Origin: Bacteroidales bacterium
Lineage (GTDB): Bacteria > Bacteroidota > Bacteroidia > Bacteroidales > JAGONC01
Length of the DNA stretch: 64,000 nt
Assembly (NCBI GenBank): GCA_023133655.1
Contig: JAGLWB010000328.1
Span: 7,681-71,680, forward strand
Direction of reading: 5' to 3'
Every line of letters begins with the position of its first letter. Positions within the stretch are counted from its first letter, which is position 1. Shown piece after piece: positions 19,521 through 29,887 of this stretch. A program made the position numbers and the translations under genes. The notes under the pieces were generated by a model. The model searched no databases, was not told the DNA's origin, and saw only the letters and a program-made list of their open reading frames with translations.

Positions 19521-21961
19521 AATTTCACCAGTGTAATTCCATCCCCGCCTCTCTCAACATGTTCGTCTGCAAATTGTTTAATTTCATCAGTTCTTTTTAA
19601 ATAGTCTCTGATCACTTTGCGTAGTATTCCATCGCCTTTTCCATGTAAAATGCTAACTTCTCGTATATTAAGAAGAATGGCTTCGTCAATATATTTTTGA
19701 ATGTCTGCCAAAGCCTCATCAGCTCGCTTTCCTCTAACATCGATCGATAATTTAAAATGTGCCATTCTAATGTTCAGCTGATTGGAAATATTTTTATATG
19801 TGCTTCTCTGTTTTTTTGGTTGTTTAATACTTGTATTTACAGAAAGCTTGTCTAACTTTTCAAGTGCTGCCTTAATGGTAATGTTGTTGAAAATAGCAAC
19901 CGCATTTTTTCCTTTAATATCAATAACCTCTCCAGGAGAATTTTGTCCTTTCAGCCTGACAAAATCTCCCTTTTTTATTTTTTCTCCTTTTGGGATATTT
20001 TGAAACTTTTGAACCTGTTCTGTTTTTTCAACCTTTTTTATTTTTTTAGCCTCCCTGACTTTTTCATCCTTTTTAGCCTTTTCTTGAATTTCCTCAGCGA
20101 ACACCTTAAGATTCTCCCTTATTTTTTTGGTCTCTTTTTTTTCCGCTTGTGCTTCTTTAATTTCTTTAATTGTCCTTTCAATCAGTTTGTTAGAGTCTTC
20201 CACGATTTTCCTGGCTTCGTTTCTGGCTTCTTCCAATAATCGTTTTTTGTCATTTTCCAGGCTGTTTAGCAGTCTTTGATATTTGTCAGTTACTTCTTTT
20301 AGAAGATCATCTGCCACCCTCAATTCTGTTTCTTTTTTATCCAATATTTCTTTATCCAACTCGAGTTGTTGTAACTGTTGATCAAAGTCGAGTTGACCTT
20401 TGCCTGTTTTGATAGTTGCATTATCAAGAACATCGTTTGGGAATCCAATTTTTTTTGCTATCTCAAATGCATATGAACTTCCGGGCCGACCGATTTTTAG
20501 TCGGTATAACGGTTGCATTTTTTTTGAATCAAAGAGCATTGCTCCATTAACAATACCAGGGTGATTGTTCGCTAATAACTTCAAATTAGCATAGTGAGTA
20601 GTAATGACACTATAGCTACCTATTTTATTCATTTTTTCAATGGTAGCCTCAGCAATAGCACCGCCAAGATGTGGTTCTGTACCAGTTCCAAATTCATCAA
20701 TCAGAAAAAGAGACTTCTTGTTAGCCTGTTGTATGAAGTACTTAATATTAAGTAGGTGAGAACTATATGTGCTTAAATCATTTTCTATGGACTGCTCATC
20801 ACCAATATCAATAAAGATTTTTTGAAAAATGCCAACAACCGATTTTTCATCAAGGGGGATCAACAAACCGCATTGGATCATGTATTGTAGAAGACCTATT
20901 GTTTTTAGGCAGATTGACTTACCACCTGCGTTGGGGCCGGAAATGATCAGGATTTTTTGTTTATCATTGAGGCTTACAAATAAAGGAACTACCTTTTTCT
21001 TTTGCTCCTTATGTGAAAGAAAAAGCAGGGGGTGTATCGCATTCTTCCATTCAATAACAGGGGTATCCTTCAATACCGGCCGGTTACCATTTATCATCAG
21101 GGCAAGTTTAGCTTTTGCCTGAATAAAGTCAATCATTCCTAAAAAATAATAAGCATAAATCAGATTATCGATGCATGGTCTTATTTGCTCAGTGAAATTG
21201 ATCAGAATCTTAATGATCTCACGTCGTTCTTCATTTTCCAGATCTCTTATCTTATTATTAATGTCAAAAATATCCGTGGGTTCAATGTAAACAGTCTGGC
21301 CTGAAGCAGAAGAATCATGAATAAATCCCTTTATGTTTCTTTTGTATGTAACAGGTACAGGAAGAACCATCCGGCCATTTCTAATCGTAACTGCAGCATC
21401 TTTATTAATCCATCCACCTATTTGAGCAGCTTTTAATGTTTGTCCAATTTTTTTATCAATGGCTACCTGTTTATGAATGATTTCAGCACGGATTTTTTTT
21501 AGTTCAGGGGACGCATTATTTTTGATATTTCCTTTTTCATCTATGATTTTTTCAGCCCCTTCCATGATAGCCTTATCTAAAACAACTTCTGCTGATAGTT
21601 TCTGTAATTCAGGGTATGAATCAGTCTCTTTTTGTATATGGTCAAGGCACGAAGAAATTGTAAGCAGGGAAAGTCGCAGTTTAGATAATGAGTTAATTTC
21701 AATAAATGTTCCCGGGGTCTTAATTCTGGTCAATTCCGGGATCATGTTGATATAATCCTGAGAAGGGAAGGAAGGATCTTCACCAATGATTGATAAAAAT
21801 TCCCAGACCTGATTTATTAGTTTTGAAACGTGGTGGTAATTGTCGGAAAATACTATCTTGTCAACATAATATTCACCTAATGTGCTTAAGCATTTCTGTT
21901 TAAGTAAATTACGAATGGTGATAAACCCCAGCTTATTTTCAACGACAAATGAAGTGTGCAA
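19517..21961 (-). CDS. mutS2: Endonuclease MutS2 (MutS ATPase domain plus C-terminal Smr)
   Basis: 814 aa. Walker A GPNAGGKS, DEFGTGTEP, a long Lys/Glu coiled coil, and a C-terminal Smr domain (DVRGKRADEAL..ILHGKGDGILR). TTG start. Confidence 0.9.
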   Translation of the reverse strand: MHTSFVVENKLGFITIRNLLKQKCLSTLGEYYVDKIVFSDNYHHVSKLINQVWEFLSIIGEDPSFPSQDYINMIPELTRIKTPGTFIEINSLSKLRLSLLTISSCLDHIQKETDSYPELQKLSAEVVLDKAIMEGAEKIIDEKGNIKNNASPELKKIRAEIIHKQVAIDKKIGQTLKAAQIGGWINKDAAVTIRNGRMVLPVPVTYKRNIKGFIHDSSASGQTVYIEPTDIFDINNKIRDLENEERREIIKILINFTEQIRPCIDNLIYAYYFLGMIDFIQAKAKLALMINGNRPVLKDTPVIEWKNAIHPLLFLSHKEQKKKVVPLFVSLNDKQKILIISGPNAGGKSICLKTIGLLQYMIQCGLLIPLDEKSVVGIFQKIFIDIGDEQSIENDLSTYSSHLLNIKYFIQQANKKSLFLIDEFGTGTEPHLGGAIAEATIEKMNKIGSYSVITTHYANLKLLANNHPGIVNGAMLFDSKKMQPLYRLKIGRPGSSYAFEIAKKIGFPNDVLDNATIKTGKGQLDFDQQLQQLELDKEILDKKETELRVADDLLKEVTDKYQRLLNSLENDKKRLLEEARNEARKIVEDSNKLIERTIKEIKEAQAEKKETKKIRENLKVFAEEIQEKAKKDEKVREAKKIKKVEKTEQVQKFQNIPKGEKIKKGDFVRLKGQNSPGEVIDIKGKNAVAIFNNITIKAALEKLDKLSVNTSIKQPKKQRSTYKNISNQLNIRMAHFKLSIDVRGKRADEALADIQKYIDEAILLNIREVSILHGKGDGILRKVIRDYLKRTDEIKQFADEHVERGGDGITLVKF

Positions 21962-22254
21962 ATTCGTTTTTTCGCAAAGTTACGATAAAATTAGCTGGGG
22001 GAACGGGGTTAATAATCACACTTTTTATTTGGTAAATCCGTTAATAATATGTATTATTGCAAGAAAACAGGAAGGTTTGGGATTTTATGACTTAGTAAAA
22101 TAATAAGTTCGCCTTCCATGTCCATTGGAATATGGCTTATTTTATTGCTATTTGTTTGGGGTTGTCAACAATTTTGCTAACTTATCAACATCCTGAAAAA
22201 TTCTTTAATAAATATGTATTACCTTTTTGTAAAATTTGGATAAACTATTGATTA

Positions 22255-22836
22255 ATGCTCCAAAACCCTGACGAGGCTATACTTGAAGGAATACTTCATG
22301 GCGATGAGAAAGTGCTCAAATACGTTTATAATGAATATTATCACACCATTAGAAATTTGATCACTCGTAATTCAGGCTCTGAGCTGGATGTAGAAGATGT
22401 ATTTCAGGATGCCATGGTTATTATTTATGAGAAAGTCAGAGATAAGGAGTTGGTTTTAGAATGTTCTTTCAAAACGTTTTTATATTCGGTTTGCAGAAAT
22501 TTGTGGTTACAACGTTTGGAGAAAACCCGATCTTCAGGAAGAATAGTTGATGATATAGAAAATATCATTGATCTTTCAGATGAACTGATGTTTGAAATTT
22601 ATAACGAGGAGAATGAGAAATACAGATTATTTCAGCATCACTTTCTAAGACTGAGTAAAGATTGCAGGAAAGTTTTGTTATTGTTTCTTAACAAGACGGC
22701 ATTAAAGGAGATCGCGGAGGTTATGGGATATAAGACTGAGAAATATGCCAAAACCAGAAAATTTCTTTGTAAAGAAAACTTAAAGAAACGAATTCTTAAC
22801 GATACAAGAAGTAAAAAATTTTATATCAATGAATGA
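22255..22836 (+). CDS. ECF-type RNA polymerase sigma-70 factor
   Basis: 193 aa. Region-2-like DVFQDAMVIIYEK...FKTFLYSVCRNLWL and a region-4 HTH (ALKEIAEVMGYKTEKYAKTRKFLCKENL). Confidence 0.8.
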   Translation: MLQNPDEAILEGILHGDEKVLKYVYNEYYHTIRNLITRNSGSELDVEDVFQDAMVIIYEKVRDKELVLECSFKTFLYSVCRNLWLQRLEKTRSSGRIVDDIENIIDLSDELMFEIYNEENEKYRLFQHHFLRLSKDCRKVLLLFLNKTALKEIAEVMGYKTEKYAKTRKFLCKENLKKRILNDTRSKKFYINE

Positions 22837-23587
22837 TAACCTAAAATATGCTTTGTTGGTTGACAGGTATGTTAATGGCGAAATGAATAAAGAAGAAATT
22901 ATGTCATTTGAGGAAGAACTTCAGAAAAACAAAGGTTTACAGGCGAATGTTCAGCTTGAGAAGGACCTTAATATGATCCTTGCTCAAAAGGATATTCTTG
23001 AGTTTCGCCAAAAAATGGCTGAAGTGATGATGCGCCAGAAAGAAATTAAGCAACCAGCCAAAACCTTCAGACTAACAAGCCGACGAATTCAACTTGCTGC
23101 CGCTTCAATCACTATACTGATTTTGGTTTCTGCAGCTTTATTTCTTTTTCTTCCCAGGCAATACTCAAATACTAAACTTTTTAATAAGTATTATGATTCT
23201 GACAGGCCTGTGCATGTCACTCGTTCAGGAGATATTGATCTTGTTGAGGCTTTGAGAAATTATCAACAAAAGAATTATGAACAGGCCATCCTTCTATTTA
23301 ACGATATATTGATTACCGATCCCAATAATTCTGCTATTAGATTTTATACAGGAATATCATTTATTGAGACAGAAAAGTTTACCGATGCTATTAGCTGTTT
23401 TCAGGAGATTATTAGAAATAATCACAGCCTTTATGTGGAACCGGCAGAATGGCATCTAGGTCTCAGTTATTTAAGAAATGGGGATGAAGACCTGGCCATT
23501 GCCCAATTTAAGAAAGTTGCCAACGATGACATAAGTTATTATAATTCAAAGGCGACTAAAATCTTAGAACAAATGAATTCTGAGTAA
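22829..23587 (+). CDS. Single-pass membrane TPR protein, putative cognate anti-sigma/regulatory partner
   Basis: 252 aa. Overlaps the sigma gene stop by 8 nt (translational coupling). Cytoplasmic N-terminus, one TM helix (IQLAAASITILILVSAALFLFL) and C-terminal TPR-like repeats. The anti-sigma role is inferred from context only. Confidence 0.5.
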   Translation: MNDNLKYALLVDRYVNGEMNKEEIMSFEEELQKNKGLQANVQLEKDLNMILAQKDILEFRQKMAEVMMRQKEIKQPAKTFRLTSRRIQLAAASITILILVSAALFLFLPRQYSNTKLFNKYYDSDRPVHVTRSGDIDLVEALRNYQQKNYEQAILLFNDILITDPNNSAIRFYTGISFIETEKFTDAISCFQEIIRNNHSLYVEPAEWHLGLSYLRNGDEDLAIAQFKKVANDDISYYNSKATKILEQMNSE

Positions 23588-23822
23588 CAGATAAATTTTC
23601 CTTTCGTCAATTACCTATCTCATTGGAAATTTTTTGACTCCATCCACTTAATAATGTCATTCAATATTTGGGAATAATGATGTCATCTCAGCATGTCTTT
23701 TATCATATTCGCCCAAATAATATTAAAACCGTTGAAGTCATTTATTAATCTAAAATGAATTTAAATAACTTGGTTGTTACTTTAATTTTATCTGATTTAT
23801 TCATAGATTAATTTAATTTTTA

Positions 23823-23830
23823 TAAATTTG
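23823..23830 (+). promoter_or_regulatory. Candidate Bacteroidota -7 promoter box (TAAATTTG = TAnnTTTG) upstream of PFOR
   Basis: Exact match to the TAnnTTTG consensus, 75 nt upstream of the nifJ ATG in a 317-nt AT-rich intergenic region. I saw no clean -33 TTTG. Confidence 0.3.
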
Positions 23831-23904
23831 CATCCTTAAAAAAAAATTATTAAACCCTTTGATATCAAGACTTTTATAATATTAATCTTTAACCGGTATT
23901 AGTT

Positions 23905-26900
23905 ATGGCAAAGAAAAAGAATTTTATCACCTGCGATGGAAATATGGCAGCGTCTCACATTGCTTATATGTTCAGTGAAGTTGCATGTATTTACCCTATT
24001 ACACCCTCTTCGACAATGGCTGAGTATATTGATGAGTGGGCTGCTGTGGGAAGAAAAAATATTTTCGGAGAAACTGTTAAGGTAAAAGAGATGCAGTCAG
24101 AGGCAGGTGCTGCAGGTGCTGTTCATGGTGCCTTGCAAGCCGGTGCATTGACAACGACATATACTGCCTCACAAGGGTTATTGCTCATGATCCCTAATAT
24201 GTATAAAATGGCGGGAGAATTGCTTCCTGCTGTCTTTCATGTCAGTGCGAGGAGTATTGCTGCACATGCTCTCTCTATTTTTGGTGATCACAACGATATA
24301 TATGCTGTCAGGCAAACAGGTTTTGCATTGCTCTCCAGTGGTAGCATTCAGCAAATTATGGACTTGGCTGCAGTAGCCCACCTTACTGCAATCAGATCGA
24401 GGATCCCTTTCCTTCATTTTTTTGACGGATTCAGATCATCACATGAGATTCAGAAAATTGAAGCCCTTGGAAACGATGACCTGGCTCCCTTTATCGATCA
24501 AAAGGAGTTACTTGAATTCAGGCAAAGAGCTCTTAATCCCGAAAATCCGGTTACCAGAGGTACTGCACAAAATCCTGATATCTACTTCCAGGCCAAAGAG
24601 GCTGTAAATAGATTTTATGAACCAGTTGCAGATATTGTTGAAGAATACATGCAGGAGATTCACAAACTTACCGGAAGAGAGTATCATCCGTTTACTTATT
24701 ATGGAGCTCCTGACGCTGATCGTATTATTATCGCCATGACCACTGTAACTGAAACAATTAAGGAAATGGTTGATAATCTCAACGCGAAAGGTGAAAAAGT
24801 TGGTTTGATTACCTGTCATCTTTACAGGCCATTTTCTGCCAAATATTTTTTCAAGGTGTTCCCTGAGACAGCTAAACGGATTGCCGTGCTTGACAGAACC
24901 AAAGAACCCGGTGCACTTGGCGAACCATTGTATCTCGATGTTAGAGAGCTTTTCTATGATAGGGAAAACCGCCCGTTGATTGTTGGTGGACGTTATGGGC
25001 TCAGCTCAAAAGATACAACACCGGCACACATTCTTTCTGTGTTTGAGAATCTAAAATTAACAGAACCAAAGAATGGATTTACTATCAGTATTGTTGATGA
25101 TGTAACATTCCAATCACTTCCTTTACTGCCAGAGATCAGTACCTCGCTGTCTGGTACCTACGAAGCCAAATTTTATGGTATTGGAGCGGATGGAACAGTA
25201 GGAGCTAACAAAAATTCTATTAAGATTATTGGTGATACAACTGATAAACATTGCCAGGCTTATTTTGCATACGACTCCAAAAAGTCAGGGGGGATCACTA
25301 CTTCGCACCTTAGATTTGGCGACACACCCATTCACTCAACTTACCTGGTTAATTCACCGGATTTTGTGGCCTGCCATGTTTCTTCCTATCTTGATAAGTA
25401 TGATATGTTGAAAGGGTTAAAAAAAGGAGGAATATTTTTGTTTAATAGTCTGTGGAGCCCTGAAGAAACCTGTAACAGGCTCCCTGATTCCATGAAAAAA
25501 TATTTAGCCGAAAATAACATTAAGTTTTTTATTATTAATGCTACTAAGATTGCAGAGGATATTGGGCTGGGAACCAGAACAAATACGATCATGCAGTCTG
25601 CTTTTTTTAAGATTGCCAGGATCATTCCTTATGATGCTTCTGTTACGGAAATGCGGAAAGCTATCATAAAAACTTTTGGCAAGAAAGGTGAGGATATTGT
25701 AAACCTGAACTTTGCTGCTGTTGAGAGGGGAGGAGAGGTAGAAGAGGTTGATATTCCCAAAGAATGGGCAAGTATTGAAATTAAGAAGGAACAAAAAGAA
25801 GAAAAACAACTTCCTGCATTTATTAATAATGTAGCGAATCCAATAAATTCACTTAAAGGCGACGATTTGCCTGTAAGTGCATTCAAGGGCAGGGAAGATG
25901 GTACTTTCCCTCCCGGAACAACTGCTTTTGAAAAAAGAGGTATTGCCGTGAATATTCCTGAATGGGATGTTGATAATTGTATTCAATGCAACCAGTGCGC
26001 ATATGTATGCCCTCATGCTGCTATCAGGCCGTTTTTGCTTGATGAGAACGAAGTTAAGAATGCCCCTGAAGGGATCCTTACCAAGAAAGCAGTTGGAAAA
26101 GCCTTTGCTGGTCTGCAATTCCGCATTCAGGTCTCACCACTTGATTGTACAGGTTGTGGTAATTGTGCTGATGTGTGTCCTTCAAAGGAGAAAGCTCTGG
26201 TAATGAAACCACTGGGAACACAGATGGCGGAAGTAGACCATTGGAATTATATGGATTCCAATGTTAGTTACAAGGAAAACCTGGTTGAGAAAGAAAAAAC
26301 GGTAAAAAATAGCCAGTTTGCTCAACCTCTTTTTGAATTTTCGGGTGCTTGTGCGGGATGTGGCGAAACACCATATGTAAAGCTTATTACCCAGCTCTTT
26401 GGCGAAAGAATGATGGTTGCCAATGCAACCGGTTGCTCCTCTATTTATGGAGGCGCTGCTCCCTCAACGCCCTATTGTACACATAAACAAAGCGGACATG
26501 GTGTGGCTTGGGCGAATTCGCTTTTTGAGGATACTGCTGAATATGGGTTTGGTATGCTTATGGGTGTGGAGAAGTTAAGAGAACGTATTGTAAGATTGAT
26601 GAAAGGGGAACATGGAAATTTATCAGAAAAAGCGAAAGAGGCTTTCAAAGAATGGCTTGAGGCAAAAGACGATGCCAAAGGTTCAACTGATGCTTCGAAA
26701 AAACTGATACCAATACTAGAAAAAGAGAAAGACCCGATTGCAAAAGAGATATTGAACCTGCAATACTATCTGATTAAAAAATCGGTTTGGTCTTTTGGTG
26801 GTGATGGCTGGGCTTATGATATTGGCTATGGCGGACTGGATCATGTACTGGCTTCCGGCGATAATATCAATGTTCTTGTCCTGGATACTGAAGTATACTC

Positions 26901-27444
26901 AAATACAGGTGGCCAGGCCTCAAAGTCTACGCCAACTGGTGCTGTGGCCAAATTTGCAGCTTCCGGAAAAAAAATTCGGAAAAAAGACCTTGGGGCGATG
27001 ATCATGAACTATGGCTATGTGTATGTAGCACAGATTGCTATGGGGGCCAGCCAGTCACAAACATTGAAGGCGATAAGAGAAGCTGAAGCTTATCCGGGGC
27101 CTTCTCTCATCATTGCCTATTCTCCATGTATCAATCATGGCTTGAGGTTGGGAATGGGAAAAACCCAGGAAGAAGAAAAAAGAGCTGTTGAAGCCGGGTA
27201 CTGGCAACTGTATAGATATAATCCTGTATTGGAAGAGGAAGGAAAAAATCCGTTCCAACTTGACTCTAAGGAACCTGATTGGACACGGTTCCAGGAGTTT
27301 CTTAACGGAGAAGTCAGGTACACCTCTCTCAAGAGGTCTTTCCCTGCTGAAGCTAAAGTATTATTTTCTGCAGCAGAAAAAGACGCTCAAAGGAGATATA
27401 AAAGCTATCTCAGAATGGCGGCTATGGATTATTCTAATGAATAG
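23905..27444 (+). CDS. nifJ: Pyruvate:ferredoxin (flavodoxin) oxidoreductase, single-chain PFOR
   Basis: 1179 aa. Two ferredoxin-type 4Fe-4S motifs (CIQCNQCAYVCP, CTGCGNCADVCP), the TPP-binding GGDGWAYDIG block and the ~1170-aa size of fused PFOR. Confidence 0.95.
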   Translation: MAKKKNFITCDGNMAASHIAYMFSEVACIYPITPSSTMAEYIDEWAAVGRKNIFGETVKVKEMQSEAGAAGAVHGALQAGALTTTYTASQGLLLMIPNMYKMAGELLPAVFHVSARSIAAHALSIFGDHNDIYAVRQTGFALLSSGSIQQIMDLAAVAHLTAIRSRIPFLHFFDGFRSSHEIQKIEALGNDDLAPFIDQKELLEFRQRALNPENPVTRGTAQNPDIYFQAKEAVNRFYEPVADIVEEYMQEIHKLTGREYHPFTYYGAPDADRIIIAMTTVTETIKEMVDNLNAKGEKVGLITCHLYRPFSAKYFFKVFPETAKRIAVLDRTKEPGALGEPLYLDVRELFYDRENRPLIVGGRYGLSSKDTTPAHILSVFENLKLTEPKNGFTISIVDDVTFQSLPLLPEISTSLSGTYEAKFYGIGADGTVGANKNSIKIIGDTTDKHCQAYFAYDSKKSGGITTSHLRFGDTPIHSTYLVNSPDFVACHVSSYLDKYDMLKGLKKGGIFLFNSLWSPEETCNRLPDSMKKYLAENNIKFFIINATKIAEDIGLGTRTNTIMQSAFFKIARIIPYDASVTEMRKAIIKTFGKKGEDIVNLNFAAVERGGEVEEVDIPKEWASIEIKKEQKEEKQLPAFINNVANPINSLKGDDLPVSAFKGREDGTFPPGTTAFEKRGIAVNIPEWDVDNCIQCNQCAYVCPHAAIRPFLLDENEVKNAPEGILTKKAVGKAFAGLQFRIQVSPLDCTGCGNCADVCPSKEKALVMKPLGTQMAEVDHWNYMDSNVSYKENLVEKEKTVKNSQFAQPLFEFSGACAGCGETPYVKLITQLFGERMMVANATGCSSIYGGAAPSTPYCTHKQSGHGVAWANSLFEDTAEYGFGMLMGVEKLRERIVRLMKGEHGNLSEKAKEAFKEWLEAKDDAKGSTDASKKLIPILEKEKDPIAKEILNLQYYLIKKSVWSFGGDGWAYDIGYGGLDHVLASGDNINVLVLDTEVYSNTGGQASKSTPTGAVAKFAASGKKIRKKDLGAMIMNYGYVYVAQIAMGASQSQTLKAIREAEAYPGPSLIIAYSPCINHGLRLGMGKTQEEEKRAVEAGYWQLYRYNPVLEEEGKNPFQLDSKEPDWTRFQEFLNGEVRYTSLKRSFPAEAKVLFSAAEKDAQRRYKSYLRMAAMDYSNE

Positions 27445-27470
27445 GAAAGCTGATTTAAAAGGGTAATTTA

Positions 27471-28187
27471 TTACTTTTCTTTTTTATTTACGCCTATTGG
27501 TATTTCTGCGAAAATATTTAATGAAGAATTGAATGTTTTGTCATCACCTTCTTTATTAATATTTACCAACCCATAATAATACCGTACACCTAAATTCACT
27601 CCTGGCCCATTAGGAAATTTATAGCCAATACCGGCTGACAATCCGGCGTCAATTCTTTTGTATTGTTCTCCAACATCATTTTTAAACACTAGATCGTCCT
27701 TTTTATAGATTGTGTTTCTGAATTCATCAATTGCTTTGCTACGCAAACCAGCCTGAAATCCTAAATTAACATACAAATTATTTTCAAATTTGTATTTAAT
27801 CATTACAGGAACATAAAAATAATTAAGTTTTCTAATTACTTCACCGTCAACAAATGAACTATCCAGGTCTGGATCTTCTAGAGAGTAAACAGGAATACCG
27901 GAGGCACCAACCCGCGATTTAACCAAAACGCCAGTATATAAGTACCAGTTACTTTTTAATAAAAAATCAAAATAAAAACCCAGGTTGAAATTATTCAGTC
28001 CGGTTGAGTTTTCCAGGCCTATTAAGGATGACCTGTTATATCCCCCGGTCAGGCCAAATTCAATTTCACCGGTGTTTAGCTTATCGCCTAATAATAATGA
28101 TATCAGCACCTGTGAATTTGAACTAACAGGAAAAACACAGTTTATTGCCACTGATATTATTATCACTAATAGTAGTTTAGATTTCAT
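27471..28187 (-). CDS. Small outer-membrane beta-barrel protein (OMP_b-brl_2 / PorT-like porin family)
   Basis: 238 aa. Signal peptide, alternating-hydrophobic beta-strand pattern, aromatic-rich strands (GVNLGVRYYYGLVNI). Confidence 0.6.
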   Translation of the reverse strand: MKSKLLLVIIISVAINCVFPVSSNSQVLISLLLGDKLNTGEIEFGLTGGYNRSSLIGLENSTGLNNFNLGFYFDFLLKSNWYLYTGVLVKSRVGASGIPVYSLEDPDLDSSFVDGEVIRKLNYFYVPVMIKYKFENNLYVNLGFQAGLRSKAIDEFRNTIYKKDDLVFKNDVGEQYKRIDAGLSAGIGYKFPNGPGVNLGVRYYYGLVNINKEGDDKTFNSSLNIFAEIPIGVNKKEK

Positions 28188-28206
28188 TGCTTATTTTTTT
28201 GTTTTT

Positions 28207-29730
28207 CTAATTAGTGCCAAAACTAAGGGTTGCTCCCAGGAACAAACTAATTTTATTGTAATTGAGGATCATGGTATTTTCACGTGTGCCCTGTAAAGGT
28301 GCGTTTTCCACTGTATTGTACTCCACCGGGTCAGCCATATTGATTAGTTGTAACTGGTCTTTTTTCCTGCCATACGAATATTGTAACCCGGCAATGATAT
28401 TTATTTTTAAAATTGTTAACTGCCCTCCGCCAGTGATATGATATACATTATAAACAAGATCCTGCAACCGGTTATAGTTACTGAGTTCGCCATAATCCAG
28501 ATTCTTGAGGTAATTGAAATCGGTTCTGAATCCGGTAAGAATAAGCATATCTTCCGAAATATCCCATCGATACCCCAGGGCAACATTAACTACTGATTTA
28601 GCACCGTATGCGTAACTTAACCAGTCTTTGGTTTCTAATTTTTCATAGTTTTCCTGAGTGGTAATGTTTGGGTTTTCACTGGCCACGACCAATTTGTAAG
28701 GAGTGATTTCATTAAAATATTCGATGGTGGCAAAGAAGGTCTTTTTGTTGTCTTGATTATCATAGGTAAAACCGAATGCAATGGATAATGGATTTTTCAT
28801 CCCAACACTTATTTCATTTTTGGTTTGAGTATCAACTATCAGCATATCCGGCAAGAATTCGTTTCCGTTCGGATTACTAATGTTACTTTGTTTTATTTTT
28901 CCGGATGCGACTTTACCACCCGAGAAAAGCCCAACCGACGGAGTTGTTATATTGATGCCTATCCCTAATCTTTCGGGTTTATATTTAAAACCAAACTTCC
29001 AGATAAGCCTGTTATTATTAAACTTGACATATTCAATTTTCTGAGCTGTTGCGCTATAAAATGGTACAGCCAGGTTATTATTATAGACAGTATCTGTAAG
29101 GGGATATGCTTCAACATCCAGCATGTATTGGTATTCAAGGTTTTTTATTGATAAGAACATGCTCATGCCAACCGAAAGTGCGTTATCAATTTTATATGAC
29201 CCACCAAAGCCGAGCCAGTCATCTCTGAAATATTGGCTTGTTCTGAACGTTCCGATATATTTTTCATTGCCTTCAAGATTTGTTAATATATCCATCATTT
29301 TTTCTTCTGTATAGGCCATTTCCATATCCAGGAATTCATTGTTCAGAACGGCAAATTCGAGACTAAGGCGTTTGTTGTTTTTGGGCTGGACAAGATAAGA
29401 TATAAACCTAGGTTGAAGTTGGAATTTAGATTCTTTTAGGTTAATATCATTACCCAAAGCGTTTTTATAATTGAAGAATTCAATTGCGAACAGGCTGGCA
29501 TTAACAGAGAGTTTCGACGTTTCGATTTCTGAAATGTTTGCAGGGTTATAATAGATGGCACTGACACCGGTACCGCCTCCAACAACAGCTCCTGCTAGCA
29601 ATGAAGCTTCTTCATTGAAATTTTGCGACCAGTATCTGTTTGTCTGGCCATACGACAGAGAGGATAGGCAGTGTACTAAAATAAAAATAAAGATTTTAGA
29701 ACTCAGCTTGATGAAGGTCTGTTTTCTCAC
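28207..29730 (-). CDS. Outer-membrane beta-barrel protein, FadL/TodX/PorV-like (tentative)
   Basis: 507 aa. Signal peptide, N-terminal LLAGAVVGGGTGVSAIYYNPANISE resembling the FadL-family G..G.....A.YYNPA motif, and a C-terminal strand ending LGATLSFG. GTG start. Confidence 0.45.
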   Translation of the reverse strand: MRKQTFIKLSSKIFIFILVHCLSSLSYGQTNRYWSQNFNEEASLLAGAVVGGGTGVSAIYYNPANISEIETSKLSVNASLFAIEFFNYKNALGNDINLKESKFQLQPRFISYLVQPKNNKRLSLEFAVLNNEFLDMEMAYTEEKMMDILTNLEGNEKYIGTFRTSQYFRDDWLGFGGSYKIDNALSVGMSMFLSIKNLEYQYMLDVEAYPLTDTVYNNNLAVPFYSATAQKIEYVKFNNNRLIWKFGFKYKPERLGIGINITTPSVGLFSGGKVASGKIKQSNISNPNGNEFLPDMLIVDTQTKNEISVGMKNPLSIAFGFTYDNQDNKKTFFATIEYFNEITPYKLVVASENPNITTQENYEKLETKDWLSYAYGAKSVVNVALGYRWDISEDMLILTGFRTDFNYLKNLDYGELSNYNRLQDLVYNVYHITGGGQLTILKINIIAGLQYSYGRKKDQLQLINMADPVEYNTVENAPLQGTRENTMILNYNKISLFLGATLSFGTN

Positions 29731-29807
29731 GGTATTTCTAATAGTTATTTTAGGTTAATATTAATTTGTCAGGTGAAATTCTGGTCTGGTACTTGAGTAT
29801 ACATTTG

Positions 29808-29830
29808 CTGTCAGGTGAAACACCTGACAG
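29808..29830 (-). terminator. Perfect 10-bp stem hairpin (CTGTCAGGTG-AAA-CACCTGACAG) downstream of the TonB-dependent receptor gene
   Basis: Read directly from the sequence. Lies 58 nt after the receptor stop (29888) and 78 nt upstream of the next gene's start (29730). There is no U-tract, so terminator versus operator is unresolved. A further direct copy of TGTCAGGTGAAA lies at 29767-29778. Confidence 0.4.
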
Positions 29831-29887
29831 ACACAAAGATAGTGTGTTCCTTCCTAAATAATAAATAGCATTCATTGATTTGTGATT

